Source: Haliotis rubra (lineage: Eukaryota). From it: a stretch of DNA of 64,000 nucleotides. Position numbers and translations under genes: made by a program. The stretch covers positions 310,001 through 374,000 of the forward strand of contig NW_025765958.1 of NCBI RefSeq assembly GCF_003918875.1, in the 5' to 3' direction. Positions 11,915-25,755 of the stretch are shown in pieces (position 1 is the stretch's first letter; each line of letters starts with the position of its first letter). Below the pieces are notes generated by a model, which did no database searches, had not been told where the DNA came from, and saw only the letters and a list, made by a program, of their open reading frames with translations.

Positions 11915-12489
11915 TCCCTTTCCTTGGCTGCCTCAATTATTGCCTCAGGGATCAATTCATAAGCCTTCAAGAGCATGTGTCACCTCTGATAATTTGAAGT
12001 GACATCAACTGAAGGTGCTAAACATACGTCTTGAGCTTTGCCATTTAATACAACATTACACATTAATGCTTTTTGAGGGGCTATTTCAATTTGTTGCCAC
12101 AAGAACCAGTTGTCGACTTCCTTTTTTGTGAAACATGCGGGCTATTTTGATGTGATTGTCACATGAGAGGAATGTTGATCATTTTGAGAGGAATATATTT
12201 CTGTTTTGCAATTACAGTTCCTCCAATATGAAGTCACTCCACTTTTTAACTTTAAATTCGTTCATTTTCAGCTTCGTATCCTGAACGAGCACTGGTATCT
12301 GTCCTTTACAGAATTTGATTTGATTTGTCACTCTAACGTGTTAGAAAAGAATCTCCTTGCTTCAGTGATCAACTCGAATGAGAAATGGTAATTAATATTA
12401 TTCGTTATCTCAATCCCTTTTGGTTTCAAAAGTAAAAATATTCCCTTTCATTACAGTGTCCTCTGATCATATAATAATTGGTATTTTGT

Positions 12490-13112
12490 ATCTTTAATTA
12501 GTTAGATCGCACATTGTCTTGATGCCAGAGCCGGAAGATGTTCGAGAAGATGTTGGAACCGTGGTTTCAGTCACAATCGACGCTATTACTTCGGTTTTCG
12601 GGGACGAGGTAGAGGATTTCTACGACCACAGGGCTATGACAGTTTCCCTCAGGACGCCTCCCAGACAAACTCTTTTTTTAGAGTACGGAACGGACCAGTT
12701 CCAACCGTCCTGGTTCAAGAAACACTTTCAAAAAAGAGGGAAGGGGAAATGGACGACCCCAGCAAGCTAGAGAAGAGAGCCACTCAGTTAGCTGCGTGTA
12801 CTTCTGATATGCCAGATATTGAGACATAACACAAATATAGCCGGTAGTTTGAAACATTTTACCAATGAATGGGCTAAACTGATAAGTGATAAGACAATAT
12901 TACAGTTTGTATCTGGAGTAAAACTTGAATATATTGATAATGAATTACAAATGCGAAAATCAGGAAGTACTCATGAACAGTACAAGACGTACTGGGACAG
13001 ATGGATTAAGTTTTGTTCTGGGAAACAAGGTGACCCCTCTTCGGCACTCCAGACTGGTTGGTAGAATGTAGGTCAAATTTCACCTTTACCAAGGTAAGTC
13101 TCGTTTAACCTT
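12490..13112 (+). mobile_element. Internally deleted DIRS-like element
   Basis: IAGSLKHFTNEWAKLISDKTILQFVSGVKLEY (resembles the DIRS RT N-terminus) is fused to STHEQYKTYWDRWIKFC..DP (resembles a tyrosine-recombinase N-terminal domain). Confidence 0.7.
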
Positions 13113-15850
13113 TCCAATGTTCACAAATAACAGTATAAACGTGTTCACGTGAAGATCCCATAAACATCATATATCAGCATAACAGGCAGGGTAGTGTCAT
13201 CTATCTTATTGTCCTCTCTCTTAAGAAGGTAATTTCAAAACTTTTATATTGTAAGATATTATCAAGCTTTCTTGGCATATATATTGATGATTCCTTGGCA
13301 GGAACATGACGGACTCTATATGGATGTGTGTAATTACAAATTTAAATCGTACATTGTTAGAAACATTGGTTTATGCTCATTTATGCATTTGCTCTCTTTA
13401 TGTGTAAGTCGATGTTAGAAATACAAATACATTTCATCAATAACTCCTTGCATAAAGAAACGATATAGACATATATGCATTTTATTACGTGAGTGAGACA
13501 ATGCTTCTTTCGCAGAAACAGGCTATCCAAGCATAAATACCAGTCATACCTTCTGTGGAGACTGATAAACTCTTACGCTAACATGCCTTTATTGAACCCA
13601 CCGATCTTTTGAACCACTAAGTTAATTTCTTTTCATCTTGACGAATAGTCTAAAGAACCAAATTGACCCACCTGCAACCAGGATGCAGCCTATTACTTCG
13701 TCTTGTCATCATACTTAAGGCGGCTGGTGCTCACTCCAGTAACAATGGCGAACGACGGTAAATGATGCATTTATTGTACAAGGCGTTGTCTAGTGTCTCT
13801 CGTGATTTTAAAGATTAGACTTCGTGGTGGTAAAGCACTCACAGTTTCTATCAAGTAAGAGGAAGCGAATTAGCTTGTGGAGTACTATGGGGACATTTGA
13901 AAAAATATAACTATCCCTCAATATTAGTCTTAGATTGATGCCATTGTAGGGCAGGAAACACCCACTGTTTCGCTAACACCTTGTATAAACAATATTTGAA
14001 AGTGATATATAAGCACATACTCATAATATGCTTTGGAATAGTACAACGACTGTTGTGTTTGAGACGTCTTATGAATATGAATGAAATTGTCTTGAACGAT
14101 TGACATTTAATGGAGTCATAAATTTAAGTGTAAAGTATCTAGAACAATGTGTGATTCATGTTTCAGCTTGATTTAGAAATTGCCCTGTGTCCTTTTTGTG
14201 AATAGTGTTGTTACTAGTTTCAGCATCTGTTAATTTAATACTGATTTTGTATCAAATGTTAAGTACCTATGTAATATGGTTTTGTAACCTGATACATCAA
14301 CGAAGACATTTAAATGTGGAATTGACTTCTCTGAAAATCTATTGTGCAATTGCAATATTAAGGCAAACAAACAATTATTGCTTCAGTTGGGAATTTTAAA
14401 ATAATGTCAAACGGTCTTTAAGTCCCCTCACATTTCTGTATCTATATAATTCTTAGAGAACCTTAAAACGGAAACCAATCGAGACATGTTATTTGTGCAT
14501 AATTACAATACAGCTCACATTATAGATCGTCTTAGTGACAGACAATCTCTGTTTAACATCTGTGATATCCGTGAAATACTAAGTATCCTACTACTTAGAG
14601 AGTTCCTTTATTGATCATTGCAGAAAGCATTCGTTCAGCTGTCCAAGTCGCGATTTTATGCAGGCTTTCGTGTCGTAACTAGAATATCCCTGAGGCGTAG
14701 ACAATGATTGTAAAAACCATGTTATAAATGATGTGTATCAATGTTATTATTTAAGGCAGATCGATAGCACCCGAGCTTCACACATGTAATAGGTGATATC
14801 TGATGGAAGACTAGTGGTCTCATTTCTCTTGATATAGAAAAGGCAACGTTTCATGTAAACAGTTGGCATTAGTAGATGTATACCCAGTACACATAGAATG
14901 GAATGCAACACTGAAAACACGTGCATACATTATATAGTTTCGTTCGTTAAGCGTCACATTGCCACTGTTAGATATGGGTAAATGTAACTGGTGGTGAAGA
15001 CTGATTGTCTTGTTTACGCCACCAGCATAAGTAATCATGCCGTCTCACGGCAAAAGATCATCATGTAAGGACATTGTCAGAACCTTTTAATCCTCGCTGT
15101 CACTAGACTACAACACACAGACAGCACGGAATATCTACAATCACCCCACTGGTAGTGACAAGGAATGCACACAGTCGCGTAAACATAAACAATGTGAACG
15201 CCTGCCTCTCATGTTTACAACCTCATTATTCCTATGTAAATACGTCTTGAAAAACTGCTCCTTCGCGCAAAAGGTTTGGGGTTGCCAGACAGATGTGTTT
15301 TGTCAGCTTACAATATTGACAAACTGCTACATTGTTCTCACAACGTCTAATTGTCCTCACACTAGACAACATAACATCAAGATGTATTTAGCTGTTAGCT
15401 ACTAATTGACATAGAACGCAAGTCAAACTATCAGTTTCCGTCATGAATCCACAAACAAGCGATCATGATTCGTTGCGTCATATTAAGACGTATCTATCAA
15501 CATATATTTTATGGCTGTTAAGCTGAACCTGAAGTAGGATATGGTTTGTTTGAACGGTCACCAGATTTCTTTCATATCTATTTAGATATTTTGATACCAA
15601 ACGTGTTGCCGTAGATACTGAATGAAACGAATCTACTCCTCTTCAATTTATGAAAGCTTTCTTGTCAAAGTCGACCTGGGTATTACACTGATTACCCATT
15701 ATTTATTATTCTTAGGCACTGCGTGTGCCCTGTGTTTGATCTGGTATGCTCCTTATTTGATAGTGATTCATGTCGTTTTTATGTTCCTATTCCATTTGAT
15801 GTTTTAACGTAAACGTTCTGCTTGAAGGTTGCTCATGGAGTCCCTGGAAA

Positions 15851-16950
15851 GAATGAATGAATGAATGAATGAATCTCTTTATTTCCTCCAGTTTGTAGTC
15901 CGAAGATCATTATAAACATGTACATGAAATATTTACAGCAACATAATCACAGCAATATATTCACAACACATTCATATAGTCATATATACATGTACAAAGA
16001 AAAATGAAAGGTCTAGAATGCACAGTTTAGTGAGGGAAGCAAGGAATATAGGTATTTACAGAAGAGGACAATCATACATCTCCATGACATTTCATCAATA
16101 TCGTTAGTTACTAGTAGTTCACCCCCAGAAAATATTGATAACATTTCATCTTCAGATACTAGTTCTATTTGTACATAAACATCCACATCAAAGAGATCTA
16201 TAAGTTTTGAAAAGAAATTATTTCTGTTGTACATATAGTGTTCACAGTGTAGAATTACATGGCAGTCATAATCATTACAATATCTTTTGCAGAGTTCACA
16301 ATGTTTTGAGAGTTTTCCCCTTGAGCTGATTTGTACACAAAACTGTAATATATCTTTAAACTGTGGGTAAAAATACATCAAACAATACAATCTATGTACA
16401 TCAAAGAAATTGTGGGTAAGGCGATATTTATTCATATCTTGCCTTACCCACACTTGAGAAACCCATCGTTCAGTTTTATTTATGCAATTAATAGTTATTC
16501 TTCGCCATGACGATTTATATGGAAACCTTCCAAAATCGAGATAGTCACTAAGATAATTGAAGAGATGGTATTTTAAACTGTTTTGAATAAGTGTGTCATA
16601 TATAATATGTAAGACAGCTGTTCTATTTTGAAAGGTGGCTAAATGTACACTGAAAATATCCTTAAATGAAGGGTTACACTTGCTGTTGCACAGCTTGCAG
16701 AGAAATAATAGTCTACATTTATCTATATACCCATACATGCTCCACAATCCAAGGTTACCTAGCACTGAAGCTGAGGAAAAGCGCTTACCGAAACCCTGAA
16801 TGCATCTGGCAAAATATCTTTGTGTACTTTCTACCAAGTCATAATCTTTACCCCGAAGAATGGGTAAAAGTTCACAACCGTAAAAACTCGTTGGAAGTAT
16901 CATTCTTTTCCAAATTAACAGTATATCCTTCAACACGTTTCCGGAAAATA
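15851..16950 (-). mobile_element. 5'-truncated non-LTR retrotransposon (RTE/RTE-X-like) with 3' part of ORF2
   Basis: ORF 16013-16936 has the post-RT motif LPTSFYGCEL and a C-terminal CxxC...H...C knuckle. The 3' UTR ends in aataaa plus (ATTC)n at 15851-15885. Confidence 0.85.
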
Positions 16951-17823
16951 TATAGATCCTCTGTTAATTGGTTAATGTGGCATGTCACTGACAGCAAACA
17001 AATTAATGACAGTTCGTGCTTTTTGATTCCACAGAGGACAGATAAACAGAACTGCGAAGCTCTATTTTTAAAACAAAGATTAGAGGGAGTGGTACATGTA
17101 TATCCAGTCGTAGGAGTATCGTGAGCCTGAGACCATCAACTCAGTTTGTGTTATCAGTCATGAAACGGGCATGTCAGCACAAGGTCTGGTGTGAAGAGTA
17201 ACACACTGGTAGAATTCAGAAAAAGCTATGTAGTTTCGTGAGAAATTTGATCTTCTGGTTTCCGGATTACAACAACAAATTAATCCATCAAGATCAAATA
17301 TCAATAGGTAATTTGGTGAGTGAGTTGGTGAGTAGGGTTTAAAGCCGCTTCGAACAAAATTTCTCTCATTTGTCGTCAGTTTGATATGGGAGGGAAGGCT
17401 TGAGGAATCTCTGTCTTAGACGTTTCGCATTTTGGTGAAACCAAGTTGATAAGAATATGGTGTTGGCAATCTGAAAACACATAATCGGGCGTACCCGAGC
17501 AACGCAAATCTGCCCAACAAATCCCAGCGTCTCTGACGACTGTGCCTCCAGATCCAGTCATAAAAGCAGGTGCTATGTCAGTTGTTGACTGCTAGCTTCT
17601 TTGAGTGGCATATTTAGAAGTCATGTAGACGTCGGATGAAATTTGTCCTTATTAATTGTTGACTGAGCAAAATCGGTGGAAGTCTCTCAAGAACTTAGGT
17701 TGTATTCTATTTCCCCGTCAAAGAACAGCTGCAATTTCATGTACAACTCACGAGAAGCTGAAAACCCTTAATTCCTCTATATTACTATTGATAGTACGGT
17801 ACTCTCTCTGAACATGGTCTCAG

Positions 17824-18185
17824 CAGTGAGGTGAGGTGAGGTGAATTTGGGTTTAACGTCGTGCTTGAGAATATTTCGCTCATATGACGACGTGCATGCG
17901 TGTGTATGTGTATGTGCGGCTGCTTATACTAGTACAGACTGAAGCTGGTTTTATAGTGCTAGCCCACTGAGATACCATGCCGCAGTGAAGCATGAATACC
18001 CCACTCAGACACAATATATTGACTCCGAGCCGACCAGTCCTTGTTGTACCCATTAAAGCCGAGCGCCAGACAGGGACCAACAAGTACCATATTTTAACGT
18101 CTTTTGGTATGACGCGGCCGGGATCGAACCCCCGACCTTCCACTCTCCGGGCGGACGCTCTAACCACTACACCACGGAGGCGGTC
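17824..18185 (-). mobile_element. Full-length SINE, family A
   Basis: tRNA head, Meta-like domain and (CACCT)n tail. TSD tggtctcag at 17815-17823 and 18186-18194. Confidence 0.92.
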
Positions 18186-20431
18186 TGGTCTCAGTTGTCA
18201 TGGCCTCAGCAAATGTTGCAAGAAGTTTCATGGTGGTCATGTTGAAGATATTTCCTGCATGATGGTCGATGAAAACCCATACTTTGACCCATATTTTGTC
18301 CTTGCATGCGTGCTAGGGTCGGGTATGTTTGAATTGTGAGAACATGGTGTCGTTATTGGTCGTCTATTGCGTTATCCATTTGTACCGTCATAGAATCGAC
18401 TATTTCACCTACGTTGCTTGGTAAATATTTTTCTTGGAGCAGGAATCAACAGTTTCTGTCTTTTCACGTTTAGCCTAATCAATTATGCTATTTCCGTATC
18501 AGTTAGTTAGTGTTTCTCTCATATGCTCATTAGATTGAACGTGACTAAACAGACAAGCTTAAAACACTCTGGAGAGTTAAAAAGCTGACTTACCTTGGCT
18601 TCTTTCCTCTTAGTTGAGTAACAAGGAAACATAACTATGATCTCATTCGCTGCTAAAGTTCTCAATAGACACAAATCCTCTGTGCCGGATCAAAGAAGCA
18701 AGTGTGAATCGTGAGTTGGTCAATGTTATTCATACGTTGCAGCTTGATTGCACATAAAACAGTGGACAGTATGTGTTTAAATACTACCATTTCCTTATTA
18801 TGTTTTTATAAATATATTCTATTATGTTTCAATCTATACATACATGGCATGCAGTTATGAATTATCAGACGTGTAACGAACTTATGTAACTAATGAACTT
18901 CCTCACAAGTAGTTATCTTACCAGCTATTTCTGTTAACTTCACAACCAGAACCAGAATCCAGTTACATTAGTCAGTGTACAATGTAGCCCTGTCAATCAT
19001 AGGCATTAAACATAAAACAAATTCATTCACTTTCAAAAGCAAAATCGTATGTTGTGAACATTTAGATGCAAGTGTTTTCACCAGCTACGCAGTAACATCG
19101 TTAAATTATCAAAGAAGCTATGTATGTTATACTAACAACATACTCCCGGAGGGATGGTATTTGTCATGGAACTGCTGACCTGACACACTGATTCCATGTC
19201 AAATCTCGGTAACGTTTTGTTACTTCAAACGTTCTTAACTGTAATAGCTCAATTCCTCTGTAAATCGATATGATGTGAGGCACATTTCTGTAGGGAATTA
19301 TAGTAACCACATTTACTGTATTGCCGAAATTACATAATAGAGTGTCAACGCGTGACTATTGGCAGTTTCCATTGTGCTTGATTTATTATGGCAAGAGAGA
19401 AGATAACAGGAAAACGCCATAAAATATTGTCTTGCATTGCGGCCTGTTCATACATTACAGTACATGATCATTATCTTCAGGGCTGTAACTTGATGTTAAT
19501 GTTTCCCAGATTGAGTATTTGGTGGCCTTTAATTTGCAACATAAAATGAGTTCAATATTGAATTGATGTGACAAGAACCATTTCCATCAGAATACAGATT
19601 ATCTCCAAAATGACGTGTGATGGCCGTCCCAGATCTTTTGCACCTTTCCTAATTGCGGGTTTTAAAATGTAAAATTATCCGTGAATATGAAAGTGGTATT
19701 GTTAGAAGTAGTAACTGGTGAAGAGATTTAAATAAGTATGGTTTATGAGAAACCTCAAAATTGATTTATCTAGAATTGTGTTTCCTTTTTGACAAAACCC
19801 GACAAAATAATTACACATTATGCAGGTTTGTATTACAAGCAACCATTACATTTGTACCTGTTGATCGCAAAATATTCTTGCAGAGGGTCCTTGTAGATCT
19901 ACGTAATGTCGGATTATGTCAATTATCTGACACCTTTGACGTGAAGAACTTGATTTCGTTTGGTATATTAATTTCATACAAGAAACTCTGTAACAGGGCG
20001 TACTTCGATGGAGTTAAATAAAATGGAGTTAAATAAAAATCTCTCATGACAAGGGACATGTTTTTTGTTGCTTTGTCTTATGTATTACAGTAGTGAGGTT
20101 TGCAAAAATATGATTTATTCAAGCAAGAGGCATGGACATATTGACGTTCAACGTGGTGAAGAAATGATGATCGTCCACACCATGTTATAACCTGGATAAT
20201 ATGCATACATACTGCCTGTATAAACAAAATGAAGGACGGACAGCTTCAGATGATATTTATTGTTCGCCAGCTGTATCCAAACTGTCATCTGAGTGGTGCC
20301 ATATCTTAACTTCAAACGCCCAACCATACATTAAAGTATATGAGTACACCACATGGTATCGACAGGGTTACTGAAATATCTGCTTCCCTATTGTCTAAGT
20401 ATTCCATTTTAAATAGCACACTGTAACATGT

Positions 20432-20784
20432 GACCGCCTCCATGGTGTAGTGGTTAGAGCGTCCGCCCGGAGAGCGGAAGGTCGCGGGTTCGATCCCCGA
20501 CCGCGTCATACCAAAAGACGTTAAAATATGGTACTTGCTGGTTCCCGCCTTGCGCTCGGCATTAATGGGTACAACAAGGACTGGTCGGCTCGGAGTCAGT
20601 ATAATGTGTCTTATTTGGGTAATCATGCTTCACTGCGGCATGGTATCTCAGTGGGCTAGCACTATAAAACCAGCTTCAGTCTGGGCTAGTACAAGCAGCC
20701 GCACATACACGTACACACGCATGCACGTCGTCATATGAGCGAAATATTCTCAAGCACGACGTTAAACCCAATTTCACCTCACCT
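20432..20784 (+). mobile_element. Full-length SINE, family A
   Basis: Head gaccgcctccatggtgtagtggttagagc...ggttcgatccc. TSD cactgt(a/t)acatgt at 20419-20431 and 20785-20797. Confidence 0.92.
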
Positions 20785-20961
20785 CACTGTTACATGTCCC
20801 TATCAGCACATGATGCCACCAAACAAATTGTTCTTAAAACAATACCTTAAATTATATATGCATGTCACTAGCTGTACATTGGCAGAAACACGACAAAAAC
20901 ATTTCCATAATCCTCGGGAATATTAGTTTCAAGTCGTGCCCATTGAGCGAATCCGACGATA

Positions 20962-21530
20962 TCATAAGTCATGTGCATCATGTGGTTGCCAATAACTATC
21001 AATCATTGATGAGACAATGTTTGGACTGGAGCAGGGAAGACTCATACTGAAGTTCGATTCTCCACTTGCAGTACTTTCTCCAAGGCCAACCCCATAATAA
21101 CCAAGAAAAATGATATGAAGAACATGTATTTCAGTAGGGTGATATGCGGAATGCATATCGTACTTAACTACCCAATCACCACATTTGATACACATCAGAT
21201 CATCTTTCCAGTCTTCATATTTTACTGGCAGTTTAAAGCCATGTTTGTGTTCCGTTGACAAGATACGTTTCTATTTCCAGAAGATGGAGTTGGTAATGAC
21301 AGCGGAGTAACTGTACCCGACCCTTCTTCACATTCCACTTATCTGTTTTTGACAGCTTCACAAACATGATCATATTGCTCCAAGACTAAACGGGTTGTTT
21401 TTAATTCCATAGGTAATGTAAAATGTATCTTGTATCTTCCTGCAATGATATCAAGTACAAACTGAGTGGAGCCAGTGACACGTTCGAACTGTATGCAAGC
21501 AAACTCTGATTCAGCTTTAAGTATCTAAAT
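20962..21530 (-). pseudogene. DIRS/Ngaro RT remnant (paralog of 11010-11730)
   Basis: YEDWK...KYDMHSAYH.TEIH..H..FLG, collinear with copy A. Confidence 0.7.
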
Positions 21531-22475
21531 TACACGTTATCTAGTAAATTTGCAAGCTTATTAACAGATCCGTCAGTCTCTTCGCGAGAAGTAGATAAAT
21601 GCTGTAAGATACTGTCAACTGTCTTGTAAATGTCGCCAGGTGCTTGCACGATAAAATGGCTAATGAATACATGCAAAGTCAACAACTCATATCAGAAGCC
21701 TTCAAAAGCCTGTGTCACCTCTTCATAATTAGAAATGATATCAACCGAAGGTGCTAAACATGCGTGCTAGAAAAGAATCCTCTTGCTCATTTGAGTTGAG
21801 TTCAGTTGGGGTTTACGTCACATCGGCATTATTCCAGCCATAAAGTGACGGGATTAAGTGTGAATTTATAATTTATATAAGTCCAAATGAGTTGTTATCT
21901 TGCTTAGTGATCAACTTGAGTGAGAAATGATAAATGAATATTTTTCATGATCCCAATCCTTTTTTTGGTTTAAAAGTAAGCATGACCTTTCATTACAGTG
22001 TCCACTGATCATACTCTTTCTAGTAGTTTAACCATACTGCCTAATTATATTGGTTATACTGTAAGGTTCATGTGCTGGCATCACGTTAACACTTGCTTTT
22101 TGGACTGGTAGCAGCTGCTTAACCTCTTAATCATTACATTTCTTTTGCGTGCTTTTGAATATATTTTTTTGCCGAGCCTTACTTTGTTCATCCAGCATTT
22201 CTTCACCGGACATCTGGCATCTCCTGATATTGCTGCATGAGACATGCTCACCAGTGCTCCGGCAAGCTAATCTTAGACAGTCTTAAACTGGAGAAGAACA
22301 TACATTGTAGTCAATGTATGTATCTTTTCTCAAAGGGAATCTTTTGAGATATGGGCGTGACTTTTGCGTGTGTGGAAATTATTTTTATCGAGGTCGGCGT
22401 AAAACGTATTCCATAATGTTTAGGCAAACCATTGATAAAAGTGTATATTTATGAAGGCATGATTTTTTCGTGGGT

Positions 22476-22708
22476 TTGGTTTGGTTTGTTGTTGTTTGTT
22501 GTTTTACGCCGCACTCAGCAATATTCCAGCTATATGGCGGCGGTCAGTAAATAATCGAGTCTGAACCAGACAATCCAGTGATCAACATCATGAGCATCGA
22601 TCTACACGATGACATGTGTCAACCAAGTCAGGGAGCCTGACCACCCGATCCCGTTAGTCACCTCTTACGACAAGCATGTGTTGCTGAAGACCAGTTCTAA
22701 CCCTGATC
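22476..22708 (-). mobile_element. SINE-like family C
   Basis: Reverse complement of 52131-52375. ttttcgtgggt is duplicated at both ends. Confidence 0.85.
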
Positions 22709-22906
22709 TTTTCGTGGGTAGATCAACAGTGTTACTTATAATGAATAATGATTGAGCAATCCAGCAATTCCTGAATGAAATTATTAAGTCAGATATTTCA
22801 TGGCTATTGCATAAATGACCAAATAAATGAACACAAATATCCACCTTTGAGCAGATGTAATAAAAATAAATCTTTACATATTAAACTAACAACCATTCAT
22901 TTATCT

Positions 22907-23112
22907 CTCCGTCAATCTTGGGGTTAGAATTGGTCTTTAGCAACCTAGCAGGCGAAACAGGCGACTAACGGGATCGAGTGATCAGGCCTGTACACTTGGT
23001 TGATGCATGGCATTGTGTCCCAGCTGCGTAAATCGGTGCTAATGATGTAAATCAATGATTTGTGTTTTCCAGACACGGTTGTTATATATTCAAATCAACA
23101 AAACAAACAAAC
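22907..23112 (+). mobile_element. SINE-like family C, degenerate
   Basis: gggttagaattggtctttag...gcgactaacgggatcg, with a (AAAC)n tail. Confidence 0.75.
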
Positions 23113-25234
23113 TTCTCAAGTGTCTGTGAGCTATATCCACCCTTAGAAGGATTAATCATAAGAGTCAGAATAGGTGCGTACAGGTGCGCTCTTTTTCTAA
23201 TGAGCCGTCCTTAATAGGTCGACATACATGTACCTCATTGGTGTATTGAAATCAGGAATTGAAACTGAAATAAGGAAATAGACAATGTGTCATGATGTAT
23301 GAAATATACCGGTTCCTCTTTTTAGTGTTCCTGGCGTGTCCGTGTTCTTAATGTTTCTAAATGATATACATCAAATTTTGAAGCTGTTGAGATATTGCTG
23401 AAATACTTCCAACATGAATTTGTAAGTTTTAACTCACTCACTCACTTACAACTAGGTCGTTCTTATCAAATTGTCTTGTGCGCCAAATGTCGCCCTTGGT
23501 CGACCAGATCGATGTTCAAGGGTGTTTGTCTGTAGACATCCTGTTTGTATTCGCTGTGAAACTGTTACATGTTAAGAGCTCATGTCATGATGCTCTTCGA
23601 ACATGCCAATTTCCAAACACACGCACATGCAAGACATTTGTTTGACCTGAAGGGGATGTGTACACTCAGAAATTAAGATTAATGTATATAGTCAAAATCA
23701 ATTAATATCAATGATTGAACTGTTTTTTTCTTTTATTTTTCTCACACTGAAGGCAAAAGGCTTAACATAAATGTTGAAATGTTTTGAGTATAATGAGACC
23801 TTTGTTTTTCGAGCTAAACAGACCAGAGTTACCACCTCCCCTTAGCTTATGACAAATACGAATCGATATAATCAAAAACAGAATCGTAACTTGTGATATC
23901 TTTTCTGGTTTGGCTTTGAAACTACAAGGTAGGTACACGTTATGTTGAAAATGTGCATGAAAAACAGGTTTGTTTTCGTTCCAACTTGCCCTTTAAAAGA
24001 AACTGAAATCTACGTAACAAATCAAACTAAGGATTTGCATCGGACATCATTTCGTTTTGAATGCTGTAACCTGGAATAAACAGAGTAGTCTGAAGCTCTT
24101 TGTTGGAGGAGCAAGCTCAAATTGTAAACTGTAAATCAAAGATTGTGAAATGGAGACACGAAAGGTGCAGCTCCTATTGCTCGATACAAAAAGAAACTGG
24201 GAGACAACGTTCGGTTTTTTGTCGAAATTGAGGTCTTGGTGGGAGTAGTAAGTAGGACCTAATGGGAGATTCATCACCTTGATTACAATAATGTAAGTGA
24301 GAGGTGGGTACACTTTGATTTACGTACTGAAAATTTCATACAAAAAACATGACATAAAAAACACTATCAGATGCGTATTACTTAATTCCATATGATATAA
24401 CTATAAAAGAAAACTCACAGAAGGTCATATTTGTGCTTTAGAAACAAGGTTCCTGGAAACATGTAAATTCTCAGAGCAGGTCCTTTTTGGAAAGTAAGAC
24501 CTATGTATTGTTGATGTCGCTGCAGCTGCAGCCTTAATTTCAAGTACTTGCCCAAAGTAGAGACACTCGAAAAGAACCACGAAGAGGTCAACGGAGATGT
24601 GTAATTCTCGACGATGGAAAGTAACCAGCTTCATGTATATAGATTTTCGGTAAACCTTAAGCTACAGATTAACTTCTCTGCAAAAGTACCCTGCTTTGAT
24701 GTTGTACTAGCTCATATGAGAACCGCTCGTGAAGAACAATGAGGAGACGTCAGTGGAATTTTTATTATTATAGCTCAGGCGAGTAAATCAATGGAACGTC
24801 TCCGTCAAATTCCTTTGTTTGATGTTGCCATGGTGAGCAGATATTCCGAACTATATGCTCAAGAAAAGAGATTTGTTAAGTCTGCAGCGCAACTACTGTC
24901 CATATACTAAATTTCCTCATAGAATTCTTTTTGTTATGAAATTGTGTTGTCGCTTTCATTGTATAATTATACTTTTACTTGCGTAATAGATTAAATCAAA
25001 GCGGTAAACGTCAGTTACATTTCTCAATCAATTTGTATATCAAGATGGTAGGCTGGGATACATAAATAAATTGCCCGAAACGCAATTTGCAGTGTGCACG
25101 CACTTACAGATAAATCAATATGCACCCACATTTTTGGAATAAAAGTGGACAAATAGATGTCCAGATTTAATAGACGCAACGAGTCTCACATAATAAGGTT
25201 TTTATGATCTTTACGAGTAGTCATATTTCTATGA

Positions 25235-25755
25235 GGATGGTGGGGAAGCCCAGTGGTTAAAGGTGTCTCGCGTCACGTCGAAGTGTGCGTAAGTGAGTTG
25301 AAATTTTACATCGCATCAACAAGTTGTCTATAATTAAGTGTCTCTCTACAAAAGACAGTAAAACAGTATCTGAGTATCACAGTTTAGGTATAAATTTCAA
25401 TTCAATATTAAAAATATCACTTACTCAGAAATTTGGTATAAAATATATCTAGGCTATACCATTCTTTGAGTGGTACGTTTAGGCTATACTACACTAGCGA
25501 CCAAAGTTAGAACACCTTCCGGTAGATCGAGGGGACCTACGGCACTTCTGATTCCTACATGATTCAAAGGAGGATTTATGAAAAAGCAATTAAAATACTA
25601 TTTGATGTCATATATTTCAGTTACGTTGGATCCACGTGCTACTGTCGAAGACCGGGTTCGATTCGCCACGTAGGAACAATATATGTGAAGCTCATTTATT
25701 GGTGTGATACGTGATACTGCTGGTGTTAACAGCGGCACAAAACCATACACACACC
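25235..25755. mobile_element. Family B SINE interrupted by an antisense family D fragment
   Basis: SINE head at about 25235-25283 resumes at about 25645. A degenerate family D sequence lies between. Confidence 0.55.

Larger units (their letters stand above)
2228..12472 (+). repeat. Tandem segmental duplication, copy A
   Basis: Collinear homology to 13118-22013. Anchors include 2641~13476, 4371~14646, 8510~15770, 8581~18714, 10630~20115 and 12450~21990. Confidence 0.93.
13118..22013 (+). repeat. Tandem segmental duplication, copy B
   Basis: Paralog of 2228-12472. Lacks the insertions found in copy A and has its own at about 15840-18712 and 20432-20784. Confidence 0.93.

Noticed and set aside
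14804-14870. tggaagactagtg equals the first 13 nt of miR-7
   Set aside because: The 3' half does not match, the hairpin is poor, and the paralog differs (tggaagacaagtg). Probably chance.
17880-18339. Recurrent ORFs such as ALMGTTRTGRLGV (also 3221 and 20535)
   Set aside because: Translations of the non-coding family A SINE.
20432-20505. tRNA-like sequences here and at the other family A/B heads
   Set aside because: Each is joined to a SINE body and tail with TSDs, so they are not tRNA genes.
23651-23993. Possible third Kolobok-like element (aggggatgtgtacac...acttgccct|ttaa)
   Set aside because: The left TTAA is missing and the TIR match is too degenerate to call.
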